Assembly: GCF_963921235.1 (NCBI RefSeq)
Contig: NC_086108.1
Span: forward strand, 103,046,001-103,110,000
Source of the DNA: Mobula hypostoma
Lineage: Eukaryota
Reading direction: 5' to 3'
Length of the DNA: 64,000 nt
The translations under genes were made by a program, and so were the position numbers. The notes beneath the pieces are model-generated. The model saw nothing but the letters and a program-made list of their open reading frames with translations, was not told where the DNA came from and did not search any database. Below, piece by piece: positions 39,365 to 52,459 of the stretch (position 1 is the first letter of the stretch; each line of letters begins with the position of its first letter).

Positions 39365-40725
39365 GTAGAAAAATTTTGCTGAGAGTAGTCAGTCATAGTC
39401 ATATGTCTTATGACACTGCACATAATGATGATAACATATATATTAATTCATTATAATTTGTTTATTAATAAATATATTTATTATTACTTGTTATCCACTT
39501 ATGATCCATGACCTTCAGTTCCCTCCATAATCTTCTCCATCTTTCAAAACTCCACAACTTCAATAAAAATCTTCTGAAAACCACTCCTCTGACAAGCCTT
39601 TTGCTATTTGCTCTCCAGCTGTGGCCCTTTTTATTCTGAGCCAGGAGACCTTGGGTTCAGGTCGTCGTCCAGGGACCCAGCACAAAATCAAGACGCCAAA
39701 GTAGGGCAGCACGGTAGCACAGGTAGGGCGGTATAATAGCGTATGGATTTCCTCCAGGAGCTCCGGTTTCCCAAAGATATACAGGATAGGGTCAGTACAT
39801 TGTGGACATGCTATATTGGTGCAGGAACCATGGCAACAATTTTTGTTGTAAGGCTCACCAGGCTTGTCCCTATTATCCTTCCTAGATATTTTTAACTTTT
39901 TCTTTTTCTTTGATCATAGAAATTATCCTACCTGGATGCATCATGGCTTGGTATGGCAACTGTTCTAGCCATGATCACTAGAAACTGCAGGAACCAGCCT
40001 CCCCCTATGGACTTTGTCTACACTTCTCACTACCTCAGTAAAGTAGCCAGAGTAATCAAACACCCCACCCACTCTTCCATTGGGCAGATGTTACAAAAGC
40101 CTGTAAGTACGTATCATCAGGCTTGAGGACAGCTTCTACCCACTGTTACAAGGCTATTAAATAGGAGCAGTTGATGGCTCTGGGCATGTACTTGCTGGAG
40201 TTTAGAAAAAAAAGGGGAGATCTCATTGAAACTTATTGAATATTGAAACATATCTTTACGCCATCCCCTCTCTCTGCTTTCCGCAAGGACCGCTCTCGTG
40301 TTCCCTTGTCCATTCGTCCCTCCCCACTAATCTCCCTTGGCAAGCAGCTGAAGTACTAAGCCTACCCATTCACCTCTTCCCTCCCCTCAGGGCCCCAAAC
40401 AGTCCTTTCCATAAATGCTGCCTGACTTGCTGAGTTTCTCCAGCATTTTGTGTGTGTTGCTTCAGATATTGAAAGGCCTAGATAGAGTGGATGTGAAGAG
40501 AAAGGTTCCTGTAGTGAGTGAGTCTAGGACCAGAAGGAAGAGATGAGGAGGAATTTCTTTAGCCAGAGGTTGATGAATCCATTGCCACAGATGACTGTGG
40601 AGGCCAAGTCATTGGGTATATTTAAAGCAGAGGTTGGTAAGTTGTTGATCAGCCAGGATGAAGTGGCGTACCAGTCTTGATAGGCTAAATGGTCTGATTC
40701 TGCTCCTACGTCTTATGGCCTAAAT

Positions 40726-40802
40726 CAAGGGTTCCCAACCTTTTATGCCATGAGCCTTACCATTAACCAAGTGGTCTGTGGACCCCAGATTGGAAATCCC
40801 TG
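40726..40802. mobile_element. hAT-type MITE, same family as 15675-15755
   Basis: caagggttcccaac / attggaaatccctg; 8-bp TSD gcctaaat / gtctaaat. Confidence 0.75.
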
Positions 40803-43800
40803 GTCTAAATGGTTCTCTAGTATGATGCATGGGAACACTCACAATCTAACCTGCTATAACCTTGCACCTTATCGTCTACCTGCACTGCACTTTCTCTGCA
40901 GCTGTTACACTTTATTCTGCATTCTTAATGTTTCACCTTGTTCTACCTCAATGCACTGTGTAATGATCTGATCTGTATAAAAAGTATGCAAGACAGGTTT
41001 CTCACTCTATCTCAGTACATGTACCAATCATAAACCAATTCCACATGCCAACAGACCTGCTGTTTCCAGCATTTTCTCTTTTTGGTTCAACACTTTTAAA
41101 ATCTGGTTTCAAATTCTCTAATATTGAAGTGATCTATGAAAGTAATACTGAATGGGTGATGCCTTTACCACAGAATGACTGAAGCACTCAATTAAACTCG
41201 GAATAGCAATGAGTGGAGATGTTCTCAATGTGCATTCCACAGCTATTCTCCAGATGTTGAGATAAAATAACTATTTCTGAAGTTACAACACGAAACACAT
41301 AAATCATCTGTGCAAATATGATGGCTAATTAAGGCTTTGCTTTTTAGATACATTAATCCCAGCTACAATTTTCAGAACTGCAAGTGCTTTTAATATTGAC
41401 AAGATATCATACATCAGTTTTATTTCTAAGTAAATAGTATATCTCACATCAGAGGAGTAAAAAAAATTCCTCCGCACTTCAGTAAGCACACCAAAGATTT
41501 TATAATGCAGATTTATTGTCACATGGATTACTAGCTCGCAGTAGTTCAGAGTACTCCATGGTTCAAAGGCCAAGGAGACAACAATTCAAATTGGTTCAAC
41601 ATACAAAATGCTAGAGAAAGACAACATCCACAGAGGGAAATGACCAGTCAACATTCAGGTTGAGACCCTGTATCAGCAAGTAGAAGAAAACAGGGAAATA
41701 GCCAGTACAAAATGGTGGATGGATGTGGAGGAGGAGAGCAAGACCTGGCTGTTGATGGGTCAATCCCGGACCTGGGAGGATGATATGCAGGTGAGCTGGG
41801 GGAAAGAGTGAGAATGATGTAAGAAGCTGAGAGGTAAAAGGTGGACGTGACAACGGGATGAAGAAGATGGAATCTGATAGGAGAGGACAGTGGACCATGG
41901 AGGTGAAAAGGAGAACAGCAAAGGGGATCAAGATAGCAGGGGAGGAGAAAGAGAAGGGGTGATGGGGTGGGTAGGATTGGGAAAGACATAGACGGTTTTC
42001 GACTGGTTCCCAAATCTGCCAATATGCAGTGAGTAGACCATTCACACATACGCCTGGTCCATCCTACTGTTAGTCTCCACTGACCTGTACCTTATATTTA
42101 CCCACTGTAGCTTTATAATGCTTATCCTTGCATACGAATCTCTCAGAACGTTTTTACTTTTGCAAATTAGACTTGAAAGCTTATCTGCCCAGTTGCATTT
42201 ATTTGTCCAGAATACTAATCATACCACCTCCAAATAATCAATCTCCTCTACATTTAATAATCTGACTCTAACCAAGACCCACTCAGAAATGAAAGTTATA
42301 ATTTGGTCTTGTGAAAGGGAAATTTTAAATTCTCTCAGCTCAAGGCCAGAGAGGACAAGTAATCAGGAAAGGTAAAGAAACACACATCAGTGCAACAATT
42401 TTTCTTCATTTGATTGTGGCTCTGAAAATCCACACACCGTCAAAAATACTTTGATCCCAACACGGTGTAGCTATTCTTGACATGTGAGAAAATGTTTCCT
42501 TGCATCTGGGATTTTTTGTGAATAACTGACAAATGGAGAGTAGGCAGAAGGTGAGGAGTGGAAATAGGGAAAATGGCTTTTATTCAGAAAGCTTTTGGAG
42601 CATGAGCTGTACGGCCACAAGAACAGACGAGTGACAGAACATTGTGCCTTCTGAAAGAATTTAAAATGGAGGAATATGCAGAACATATTCAGGTCGGATG
42701 GGAAAAAAAAATCCCTCTGAACTTCAGTGAGCAGCACCAAAGATTTTTTTAATGCAGATCTACTGTCACACGATTTGTCCTCTTTTTCATACTGGATGTT
42801 TGTCGGTGTTTGTTGTGTGTGTGTTTTTTCTGTGGATTCTTTTGTATTTTATTGTTTACCTGTGGGTGCCTGCAAGAGAGTGAATCGCAGGGTTGTATAA
42901 GGTATACATACTTTGATAATAAATTTACTTTAAAACTTGAATTACGAGTTTGTATTTGTCCAGATACCACAAACCTTGGTTGAAAGGCCAAGGAGGCAAC
43001 ACTCCAGCTGGTCTGACACCATTATTAGGGATCAGTGTTATTTTGGTCGGATTAGTTTTCATTCATTTTGTCAAAATCTTTACATGATGGCCCCGTGGCC
43101 TCCACCTAGCCTGTAAACCAAGGGATTCCTTGACATCAGTGACTCCAAGTGCAGACCAGGCGACCACTTTGCCGGGCACCTGTGCTCTCTCTGTCCGTGA
43201 CGTTCATTGCAAGCTCCCATTTGGAAGCCATTTTAATTCCCCTTCCCACTCCCGCATTGACTGTCTGTCCTTGGCTTCCTACAATGGCAGGGTAACGGCA
43301 AGCACAGACTGGAGAGCAACATCTCACATTCTGCCTGGGTATTCTACAATATATGATATTGCACTTACTGTTCACCTGCACCGCCATTTCTCTGTAACTG
43401 CTACACTTTATTCTGTATTGTTATATACAAAATTTATTTTCAGAACCAAATTGTAACTAACTTACATTCAAAGATCCCCCCTCCCCCTTTTGTCATAACC
43501 CTGAGGAAACTAACAGAGCAGTTGTGATGTTCTTATACTGACATCCTGTACTTCCCAACAAGACCACACAACCCAAATCCAGACACAGACTTAAGGGAGA
43601 CTCTCTGTTCTGTGTTTCAGCCAGAAATCCTCAGCCCATCTACAAACCATGAGTTTAGCTTTGCCTTGACCTTAAATGAGATGAGCAAACGTACCGTCAT
43701 TCTCACCACTTCCTCCGTCTTTCACCACCCCAAGCAAAACAAAATCATCACTGGATTTAATTAGAAATAATTTACAGCAGTGCACTGAGGAACCCAGCCC

Positions 43801-43824
43801 TCATTGCCACCTCAGCAATGCCTC

Positions 43825-43941
43825 TCAAAATATATGCTTGAGGTGCTTGAGTCCGTAGCTTTTGAAGAAGACCAATAGGATCAGTGTCCACAGGCCTAGG
43901 ATGAACCCGTCCGGAGGGTGCCAGTCTTTCTGCTTCGGTTT
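43825..43941 (-). CDS. PIGK: Last coding exon of GPI-anchor transamidase subunit PIG-K (Gpi8), C-terminal TM helix
   Basis: Minus-strand acceptor tttgtgttgttccgtag|, then KPKQKDWHPPDGFILGLWTLILLVFFKSYGLKHLKHIF*, matching the vertebrate PIGK C-terminus; convergent with ST6GALNAC5. Confidence 0.93.
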   Translation of the reverse strand, partial: KPKQKDWHPPDGFILGLWTLILLVFFKSYGLKHLKHIF

Positions 43942-44544
43942 CTACGGAACAACACAAATAATCACAATCAGAACACTGCAAACACTGGAAATCTGAAATA
44001 AAGACACAAAATTCTACAACCACCCTCGACGTTCTCTCTTCTCCTCCTCCCATCAGGTAGAAGATAAAGAAGTTTGAAAACAGGTACCATCAGGTTCAAA
44101 AACAGCTTCGGTCCCACTGTTCCAAGACTCTTGAGTGGAGCTCTTGAATGATAAAAGATGAACTGTTGATCTCACAACCTCATCATGGGCCTTCTACTGT
44201 ACTGTTTACCTGCACTGTAGTTTCTCTGTAACACTATGTTCTGCATTCTGTTACTGCTTTTTCCTTATGGCACGGTAGCATAGTAATTAGCACAACTCTT
44301 TGCAGCACCAATGATCAGGGTTCGATTCCCGCCACTGTCTGTAAGGAGTTTGCACGTTCTCCTCGTGACTGCCTGGGTTTCCTCCGGGTGCTCCAGTTTC
44401 CTCCCACATTCAAAAGATGTACAGGTTAGGGTTAGTAAGTTGTGGTTGTGCTATGTTTGTGTTGGAAGCCAGGTGACACTTGCGGGCTGCCCCCAGCACA
44501 TATTTGGACTGTGTTTGTTGTCAATGCAAACGACGTATTTCACT

Positions 44545-44677
44545 AACAACAGGAATTCTGCAGATGCTGGAAATTCAAGCAACACACATCAAAGTTGCTG
44601 GTGAACGCAGCAGGCCAGGCAGCATCTCTAGGAAGAGGTACAGTCGACGTTTCAGGCCGAGACCCTTCGTCAGGACT
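44545..44677 (-). mobile_element. PLE tail-only insert in a V-SINE (44268-44730)
   Basis: Near-identical to the reverse complement of 12835-12965; its 5' end coincides with hammerhead stem I. Confidence 0.85.
44642..44677 (-). ncRNA. Minimal hammerhead ribozyme, intact
   Basis: Reverse complement: agtc-CTGACGA-agg gtctcgg cct-GAAA-cg-TC-gact. Confidence 0.8.
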
Positions 44678-45163
44678 GTACGTTTTGATGCTTTGATATA
44701 CATGTGACAAATAAAGCTAATCTTTAGGATCTTTAACTTTTAACAGATTTTTAGGCAGACACAAGAAAGGATTCAATGATGTTTTTAGAGCTCCTTGAAA
44801 AATTGTAACATTCCCATTAATTCCTGGGAACAGAGAAGGAACTTTCAGGATGGTATTGAGAACCTCGGGTCCACACATCAATAACTCAAGGGCCAAAGGC
44901 CAAACCTGTGTTTGGCATCATGAGGTGAAGTTTGAAGTTGGAGGCCCGACATCTGAGAGTCTGAAAATCTGGGGCCAAGGACTGGAGGCCTAGGGGCGGC
45001 CTGTCCTGGGATTGGAGAGCTATCGGGGTGTTTGAGTGGGTGGATGGGGGGGGGGGAGAATGGCTTGTTTTGCAGTCATTATGTTGCTTTGTTATTGTTG
45101 ATGCTTATGTTGTTCTGTTGAACATTGTGGGCATATTCTGTTGACGCCAAAATGTGTGGCGAT

Positions 45164-45511
45164 TAATGTTCCTTTTAAGTTGTAATAACCAGTGTGTGCA
45201 AAAACCTTGCGCTGTGCAATTTTTTTGCCCAGTGACAGCAACATGTGCACACAGCATAATTTCTTCAATAAAAACTGTATAAATAAGGCAGTTCTAAAAT
45301 CTGCAGACAAATCATTGCAAACTCCATGTTGTCAACACTATCTGCGTCAGAAACCGGAAAAGGAAATGTGATTGTGTACGATCATGAAATATACTTAACA
45401 TGCCAACAAGGTAGAGCGTGACAATCTTTTGTGCTCAGTTTAAATTCCTTTGTGCACTAGTAGCAAAAGATGTGTGCACGCACACAGGCGTATACCTCAG
45501 AAGGAACATTG
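45164..45511. mobile_element. hAT-type MITE, 348 bp
   Basis: Termini taatgttcctt / aaggaacattg; perfect 8-bp TSD GTGGCGAT (45156-45163 / 45512-45519). Confidence 0.85.
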
Positions 45512-46245
45512 GTGGCGATAATTACAAGCTGCCCTCAACACATCCCCAAATGTTTTCGAACGTTAAGAAAATCTCTGAAGTTCGGTGCATGTTGTCCACT
45601 GGGACATTGTATGCACGCTAAGCTGGCGCTGGAACGTTTGGTGTGAGTGACACTTGCGGCTGCTCCCAGCACATCCCTGTAACACGACTGACACGTTTCA
45701 CTGTATTTTTCAATATACATGTGAATCTACTAGTGTAAGTGCTGAAGTGTGTACACTGCCTCATAACCCTTCATCAGGACTGGAAAAGGAAGGGGTAAGA
45801 AGCCAGAACTCTTTTCTAACTCTCTTTTTTTCCTTCCTCCTCCTGACCAGTCTAACCAACACTAAGTCATTTCTCAAAAAAATTACACTCTGTCAAATTT
45901 GTTCATTACGTTAAAAGCAGTGTATAATTGTATGCTGTTATTGCAGTAATAGCCCTGTGTAGAGCTATAATCATTTTATCAATGCAACTGTTGTGCTTTA
46001 ATATCACTAAAGTCATTTTCTAGATTCAAAATCGTTTATTGTTTTTATTCAGTAAAGGAGAACGAAATGATTGTTACTCTGGATCCGATGCAGCATAAAC
46101 AACACAATAAGCATAAAGAGCACAATAAAACAAAAACACAATAAATACAAATACAAAAGCAATCCTATAAAACACAATGTACAAGTAACTGTTATATACA
46201 TAGACTGATTGTACGTACATACCAGTGATGCTGGTGAAGTGTTTC

Positions 46246-46452
46246 ATAAACACAAGAAAATCTGTAGATGCTGGAAATCCAAAGCAACACACACAAAATG
46301 CTGGAGGAACTCCAGCAGGTAGTGTCTTTGGAAAAGAGTGAAGAGTCGATGTTTCGGGCAGAGCCCCATCATCAGGACTCATGATGAAGGGTCTCAGCCC
46401 GAAACGCCAACTGTTTACTCTTGACCTGCTGAGTTCCTCCAGCATTTTGTGT
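46246..46452 (-). mobile_element. Older fold-back PLE-tail element
   Basis: acacaaaatgctggaggaact...agttcctccagcattttgtgt inverted arms with two opposed decayed hammerheads at the centre. Confidence 0.7.
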
Positions 46453-48063
46453 CTGGTGACGCCTATGTAGTGGTAATAGGGTGGGTTAATGGATGGAGAT
46501 GTTGATCAGCCATAGTGCTTGGGGGAAGTAACTGCCTTTGAGTCTAGTGGTCCTAGTGTGGATGCTGCGTAGTCTTCTCCCCGATGGGAGTCGAGGTTGT
46601 TTTCATAACCCATGCATTAAAGAGTTTTGAAATAAAACAGTTCTGGAGTGAAGCAGAGCAGAAATTAGACTGTTTTATCGATGGGATGTCAGAATAGTTC
46701 AGCCATTGAAAGCAGTGAGCCAGCACATGCTGTTTAAACAGACAGCATTGTTCTCATTGGAGTCAATGTAAGGAGCTAGCTGCAACATGCAGTTCAATCA
46801 CATCTAGGATGAGGTTGCCTTGCAAATATCAGGAGCTTGTTCAGGGGCACAGAATTTGATTTTCCCTAATGTTTCCAATAATCAAAATATATTCATAATA
46901 AAAAATATGCAAAAATAAACCAAGCAATGCCTTTTCATTCTTACATTCATAATTAATGGCTTCAGTATTATTCTGTTAGAATTCCTTAAAGCCAATTGGA
47001 CTATAGCCACCTATGTGGCCCCAAAACGCAATTTAAATTCTATTACAGGATTAAATTGAGCTTTAGCACCAATTATCCAGCAGGAGGCACCCACTTTCTT
47101 TGCCACACATCACACTTCAAGAACTTTTGAAAATAGTGCCGATATGTGAAGGGATAGTGTGGGGGCGGGCGGGGGGGGGGTGCAGGCGTGGCAGACAAGG
47201 GAAAGGAAATCAGAAGTCAGAGCCCATTAGTATTCCGTCAGAATAACCAGTCTCAAACAGTAATCTATGTTTATCCAACTGCCGCATTCAAAATCTTCCA
47301 ATTAACATGTCAGTCCAATGCACAGGTAACTTTGCACTTTTCATCATCCACTTTGTCCTATCAATCACTCTATTTATTAGCAGCAGATGTGCCCTCCGCA
47401 ATAAATGCCACCCAACCTCACTAACAAATTGCCACTACTCTTGGCCTTTTTACTGCTAAGCACCTTCTTATGGCACAGTCCAACTAGTCCTGAAGAAGGG
47501 TCTCAGACTGAAACATCGCCTGTTTATTCCTCCCCATAGATGCTGCCTGACCTGCTGAGTTCCTCCTGCAATCTGAGTGTGTTAGTCTAACCGGCGTCTT
47601 TTTACCCAACCCAGTCTCGTGGATGGACCCAAGTATTATTAGAACATAGAACATACAGCACAGTACAGCCCCGTTGGCAATCCATGTTCTGCCAATTCTT
47701 TTACCTCTCCGCCATTGAGGATATCTTCAAAATGTGATGCCTGAAAAAGGCAGCATCCATCATTGAGGACACCCCCACCACTCAGCACATTCCATAGAAC
47801 CACAGAATCATAGAAAACTACAGCACAGAAAACAGGCCATTCAGCCCTTCTAGTCTGTGCCGAAACATTATTCCGCTAGTCCCATTGACCTGCACCCAGT
47901 CCATAACCCTCCAGACCTCTTCCACCCACGTACCTATCCAATTTATTCTTAAAACTTAAGAGTGAGCCCGCATTTACCACATCAGATGGCAGCCCGTTCC
48001 ACACTCCCACCACTCTCTGAGTGAAGAAGTTCCCTCTAATGTTCCCCCTAAACCTCTCCCCTT

Positions 48064-48928
48064 TGTTACATACTTCATGGATATCTCGTGACTGTCTTAT
48101 GAGGCTGATGTAATGGTCTTGCGGAGGTCACATGATGTAATTTTCCCGCCAATGGGAGGTCATGTGATGACCTGTTCTCACCAGGTATGTAAGTGTAGAC
48201 CCCTGGTGACGCAGTCGGTTTTCCAGTTAGAATGTCAACTAGATACTCCGCTCCGCTGCGTATTTGCCTTATGACGCAGTTTTGATTTAAAACAGAGTTT
48301 TACGATCTATTGTAAGGTACGAAAGTGTTGGGCCGGCAGTTTAACCAATTGCTGCCAGGTTTGTTGATGTACCTTTTCAGTAAAATTGGAGAGTGAAGAC
48401 AGGAACCTGAAGGAGTTCGGCGGTTTTGAATAGTATTAACCATTATTGAATTCGTACAAGTAAGATTGATCTGCATGAGATAGCCTCTGCTAAAAGCAGC
48501 AGACAAGGCTGTGCAGTATCTAGTATCCAAAGGGAAAGGTCAGTGCCTTTAAACCGTTTTATTTCTGTCGTCGTGAATCCTGCGGAAAAGGCAGGACCCA
48601 GCTGGGATCGGCAGTGACGTCGTGTCTTCGAGGAATTCTTTACTTCAGGAAAGTCTCTCCTAATTGACTGTATAAATCTCTTGGACTTTCGAATTTACCA
48701 TTCTAAGAACTGTGTTTGAATTTACCACTTTAACAACTGTTTTCGCATTTATTGCTTTAAGAAATAGTACTGAGTGGCGGTTTGTTAAATGGCCGCACAG
48801 CAGTTTACTTCCGGTTAAGATTTTCATTTGTTTATTTCTTTTAATATTGAGCAGAGTTTAAAAAATGTTTGATTGTTTTTATAAAACCTGACTCAATTGA
48901 TATATTCATTGTTGCCGGTCACGTGACA
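48064..48928. mobile_element. Solo LTR, 865 bp, 4-bp TSD CCTT (Gypsy-like)
   Basis: TGTTAC...GTGACA termini; CCTT at 48060-48063 and 48929-48932. Confidence 0.82.
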
Positions 48929-49680
48929 CCTTATACTCTAAAGCCATGTCCTCTCGTATTTACCTCTCCTAATCTAAGTGGAAAGAGCCTATTTGCATTT
49001 ACTCTGTCTATACCCCTCATAATTTTGTAAACCTTTATCAAATCTCCCCTCATTCTTCTATGCTCCAAGGAATAAAGTCCTAACCTGTTCAATCTTTCCC
49101 TGTAGCTCAACTCCTGAAGACCTGGCAACATCCTAGTAAATCTTCTCTGCACCCTTTCAGTCTTACTGATATCGTTCCAATAGTTAGGTGACCAGAACTG
49201 CACACAATACTCCAAATTTGGCCTCAATGTCTTACACAACCTCACCATAACATCCCAACTCCTATACTCAATACTTTGATTTATGAATGCCAGGATGCCA
49301 AAAGCCTTCTTTACAACGCTGTCTACCTGTGACGCCACTTTCAGGGAACTATGTATCTGAACTCCCAGATCACTTCGTTCCTCCTCACTCCTCAGTGCCC
49401 TACCATTTACTGTGTATGTCCTACCTTGATTTGTCCTTCCAAAATGCAACACCTCACACTTGTCTGCATTAAATTCCATCTGCCATTTTCTGGCCCATTT
49501 TTTCAGTTGGTCCAGATCCCTCTGCAAGCTTTGAAAGCCTTCTTCACTGTCCACAACGCCTCCAATCTTAGTGTCATCAGCAAACTTGCTGATTCAATTT
49601 ACCACATTATCATCTAGATCATTAAATAACAATGGTCCCAGCACAGATCCCTGAGGCACACCACTAGTCACAGGCCTCCA

Positions 49681-50683
49681 GGCTACGTCCACACTACACC
49701 GGATAATTTTGAAAACGCCGGTTTCGAGTAAAAACGACAGGCGTCCACACTAAGCGTTTTTCAAAATATCTCTGTTTTCATTAGGCGGATACTTGGGCGA
49801 ATCTCCTCCTACTGGGCATGCGCAGGACACAGAAAACAAGCAAAGAGGAAACGGTATACTTAGTGTGCGTTTGTCCAGTTACAGAGTAGAAAAACTTTAA
49901 AGGAATTGCTCTTGGCTCTCGCGCAGGAGGACTTAAAACTTAAAAAAACACAAATACTGGAGCATATGGAGGCAACCGACAGGGAGTTCACGGACAGTAT
50001 GACTCAGCTGACGACGAACATTGAAAAACTGACTCTGTTGCATTAATAAAGCACCTTGTTAAATGTATAAAACGTCTGCATCAGTGTTATCTTGTATTTC
50101 CATACAATGTTACATTAGGCTGTTACACATCTATAGTCAGAGAAGTACTTGCATAAATAGGTAAACCACCTTCATACAAGCAAGGACAGAAAACAGGGCG
50201 AAGTGAGTATACTTATTTATTCAGTAAGCTATGGGTCAAAGTATTTGGTGAGTACATAACTCTTCTGGCTTCAGTCTCGTTGCTGTCTGTTCTGAAATTG
50301 TTAGGTGGTGGCGTTCAAGAAAACAACGAACATTTGTTCTGGCACGTCATGACAGCGTTTTTAAATAGTCAGAAAAGGTCACTTTACAATTTAACTCTCA
50401 CGCCGTTCACACCGACTGCGCGTTATAACGGCTTGCACAGTGCCAAGCAGAAGCAGAAAAAGCATTGTTGTTGTGTTGTTATGACAACGTTTTTAAATCT
50501 CTCCGTTTACCCCGTACACACTACGCCGGATATTAAGCGTTTTCAGATTTATTCACTCTGGAGAGTGTTTTCGAAAATCTCCGTTTTCGGGGGCTGAAAA
50601 CGCCGGCTCAGTGTGGACAGGAGGGCAAAACGAAGTGAAAAAGCTGCGTTTTCAAAATTATCCGGCGTAGTGTGGACGTACCC
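49681..50683. mobile_element. Non-autonomous PIF/Harbinger-type DNA transposon, 3-bp TSD CCA
   Basis: 38-bp TIR gg(c/g)tacgtccacactac(a/g)ccggataattttgaaaacgc; the host CR1 site cctccagactgag is reconstituted on removal. Confidence 0.85.
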
Positions 50684-51054
50684 CCAGACTGAGAAGCAAT
50701 CATCCACTACCACTCTCTGTCTTCTCCCACACACCCTCTTCTCATTAGTACCTTCAGGGAGGAGGTACAGGAACCTGAAGACCCACATTCAACATTATTT
50801 TCCCTCCACCATCAGGACTCTGAATGGCTCATGAACCCTTGAACACTATCTCACTATTTTGCTCTTTTTACATTTCTTATTGTAACATAGTAAGTTTTTA
50901 ATGTACTGCTGTCACAAAACAACAAATTTCACGATGTATCTCAGTGATAATAAACCTGATTCTGATAATGTACCTGGAAGAGCATCACACACTGAATAGC
51001 ATCAGATCCAGTTGAAGCTTTTAATACCCAAGATAGGTAGACAATTCAGATTCA

Positions 51055-52070
51055 GACGGGTCATATTCTGCATGGAGGTCGGTGACCAGTGGTGTGCCTC
51101 AGGGATCTGTTCTGGGACCCTTACTCTTCGTGATTTTTATAAACGACCTGGATGAGGAAGTGGAGGGATGGGTTAGTAAGTCTGCTGATGACACAAAGGT
51201 TGGGGGTGTTGTGGATAGTGTGGAGGGCTGTCAGAGGTTACAGCAGGACATTGATAGGATGCAAAACTGGGCTGAGAAGTGGCAGATGGAGTTCAACCTA
51301 GATGAGTGTGAAGTGGTTCATTTTGGTAGGTCAAATATGATGGCAGAATATAGTATTAATGGTAAGACTCTTGGCAGTGTGGAGGATCAGAGGGATCTTC
51401 GGGTCCAAGTCCACAGGATGCTCAAAGCAGCTGCGCAGGTTGACTCTGTAGTTAAGAAGGCATACTGTGTATTGGCCTTGATCAATCATGGAATTAATTT
51501 TAGGAGCCGAGAGGTAATGTTGCAGCTATATAGGACCCTCATCAGACCCCACTTGGAGTACTGTGTTCAATTCTGGTCGCCTCACTACAGGAAAGATGTG
51601 GAAACCATAGAAAGGGTGCAGAGGAGATTTGCAAGGATGTTGCCTGGACTGGGGAGCATGCCTTAAAAAACAGATTGAGTGAACTCGGCCTTCTCTCCTT
51701 GGAGTGACAGAGGATGAGAGGTGACCTGAAAGAGGTGTATAAGATGATGAGAGGCATTGATTGTGTGGATAGTCAGAGGCTTTTTCCCAGGGCTGAAATG
51801 GTTGCCACAAGAGGACACAGGTTTAAGGTGCTGGGGAGTAGGTACAGAGGAGATGTCAGGGGTAAGTTTTTTACTCAGAGAGTGGTGAGTGCGTGGAATG
51901 GGCTGCCGGCAACAGTGATGGAGGCGGATACGACAGGGTCTTTTGGATAGGTACATGGAGCTTAGAAAAATAGAGGGCTATGGGTAAGCCTAGTAGTTTC
52001 TAAGGTAGGGACATGTTCGGCACAACTCTGTGGGCCGAAGGGCCTGTATTGTGCTGTAGGTGTTGTATGT
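51055..52070 (+). mobile_element. 5'-truncated CR1
   Basis: ORFs 51082-51666 ([13 protein letters not shown]) and 51714-51950. Confidence 0.9.
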
Positions 52071-52080
52071 TTCAGATATG

Positions 52081-52459
52081 CAGTACTGTGCAAAAGCCTT
52101 AGGCACATGTAAAAAAATCTGTAAAGCGAAGATATTTCGAAAAAATAATGAGATGAAAAGTTCCTAAATATCAAAAAATTACTATAAAGAGCAGAAATGA
52201 CCACCCTTTGCCTTTAAAACTGCATCAATACTCTTAGGTACACCATCATGCAGTTTTATAAGAGAAATGGCTGCTAGGTTGTTTCAAGCCTCTTGGAATA
52301 CGTGCCACAGTTCTGCAGACTTTGGCTGTCTCGCTTGCTTCTGTCTCTCCACGTAATCTCAGACAGCCTTGATGATGTTGAGACTAGGGCTCTGTGGAGG
52401 CCATACTGTCTGAAACCATATAAAAGACCTAGGGCGCCTAAGACTTTTGCACAGGGCTG
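52081..52459. mobile_element. Tc1-type non-autonomous element
   Basis: TIR cagtactgtgcaaaagccttaggc / gcctaagacttttgcacagggctg followed by TA. Confidence 0.78.

Larger units (their letters stand above)
47790..50725 (-). mobile_element. CR1 3' half interrupted by a solo LTR and a Harbinger element
   Basis: ORF 48931-49554 is the RT C-terminus; CR1 sequence resumes after each insert. Confidence 0.9.

Noticed and set aside
43772..44053. 93-aa minus-strand ORF from the track
   Set aside because: Wrong frame; the real coding sequence is the PIGK exon in another frame.
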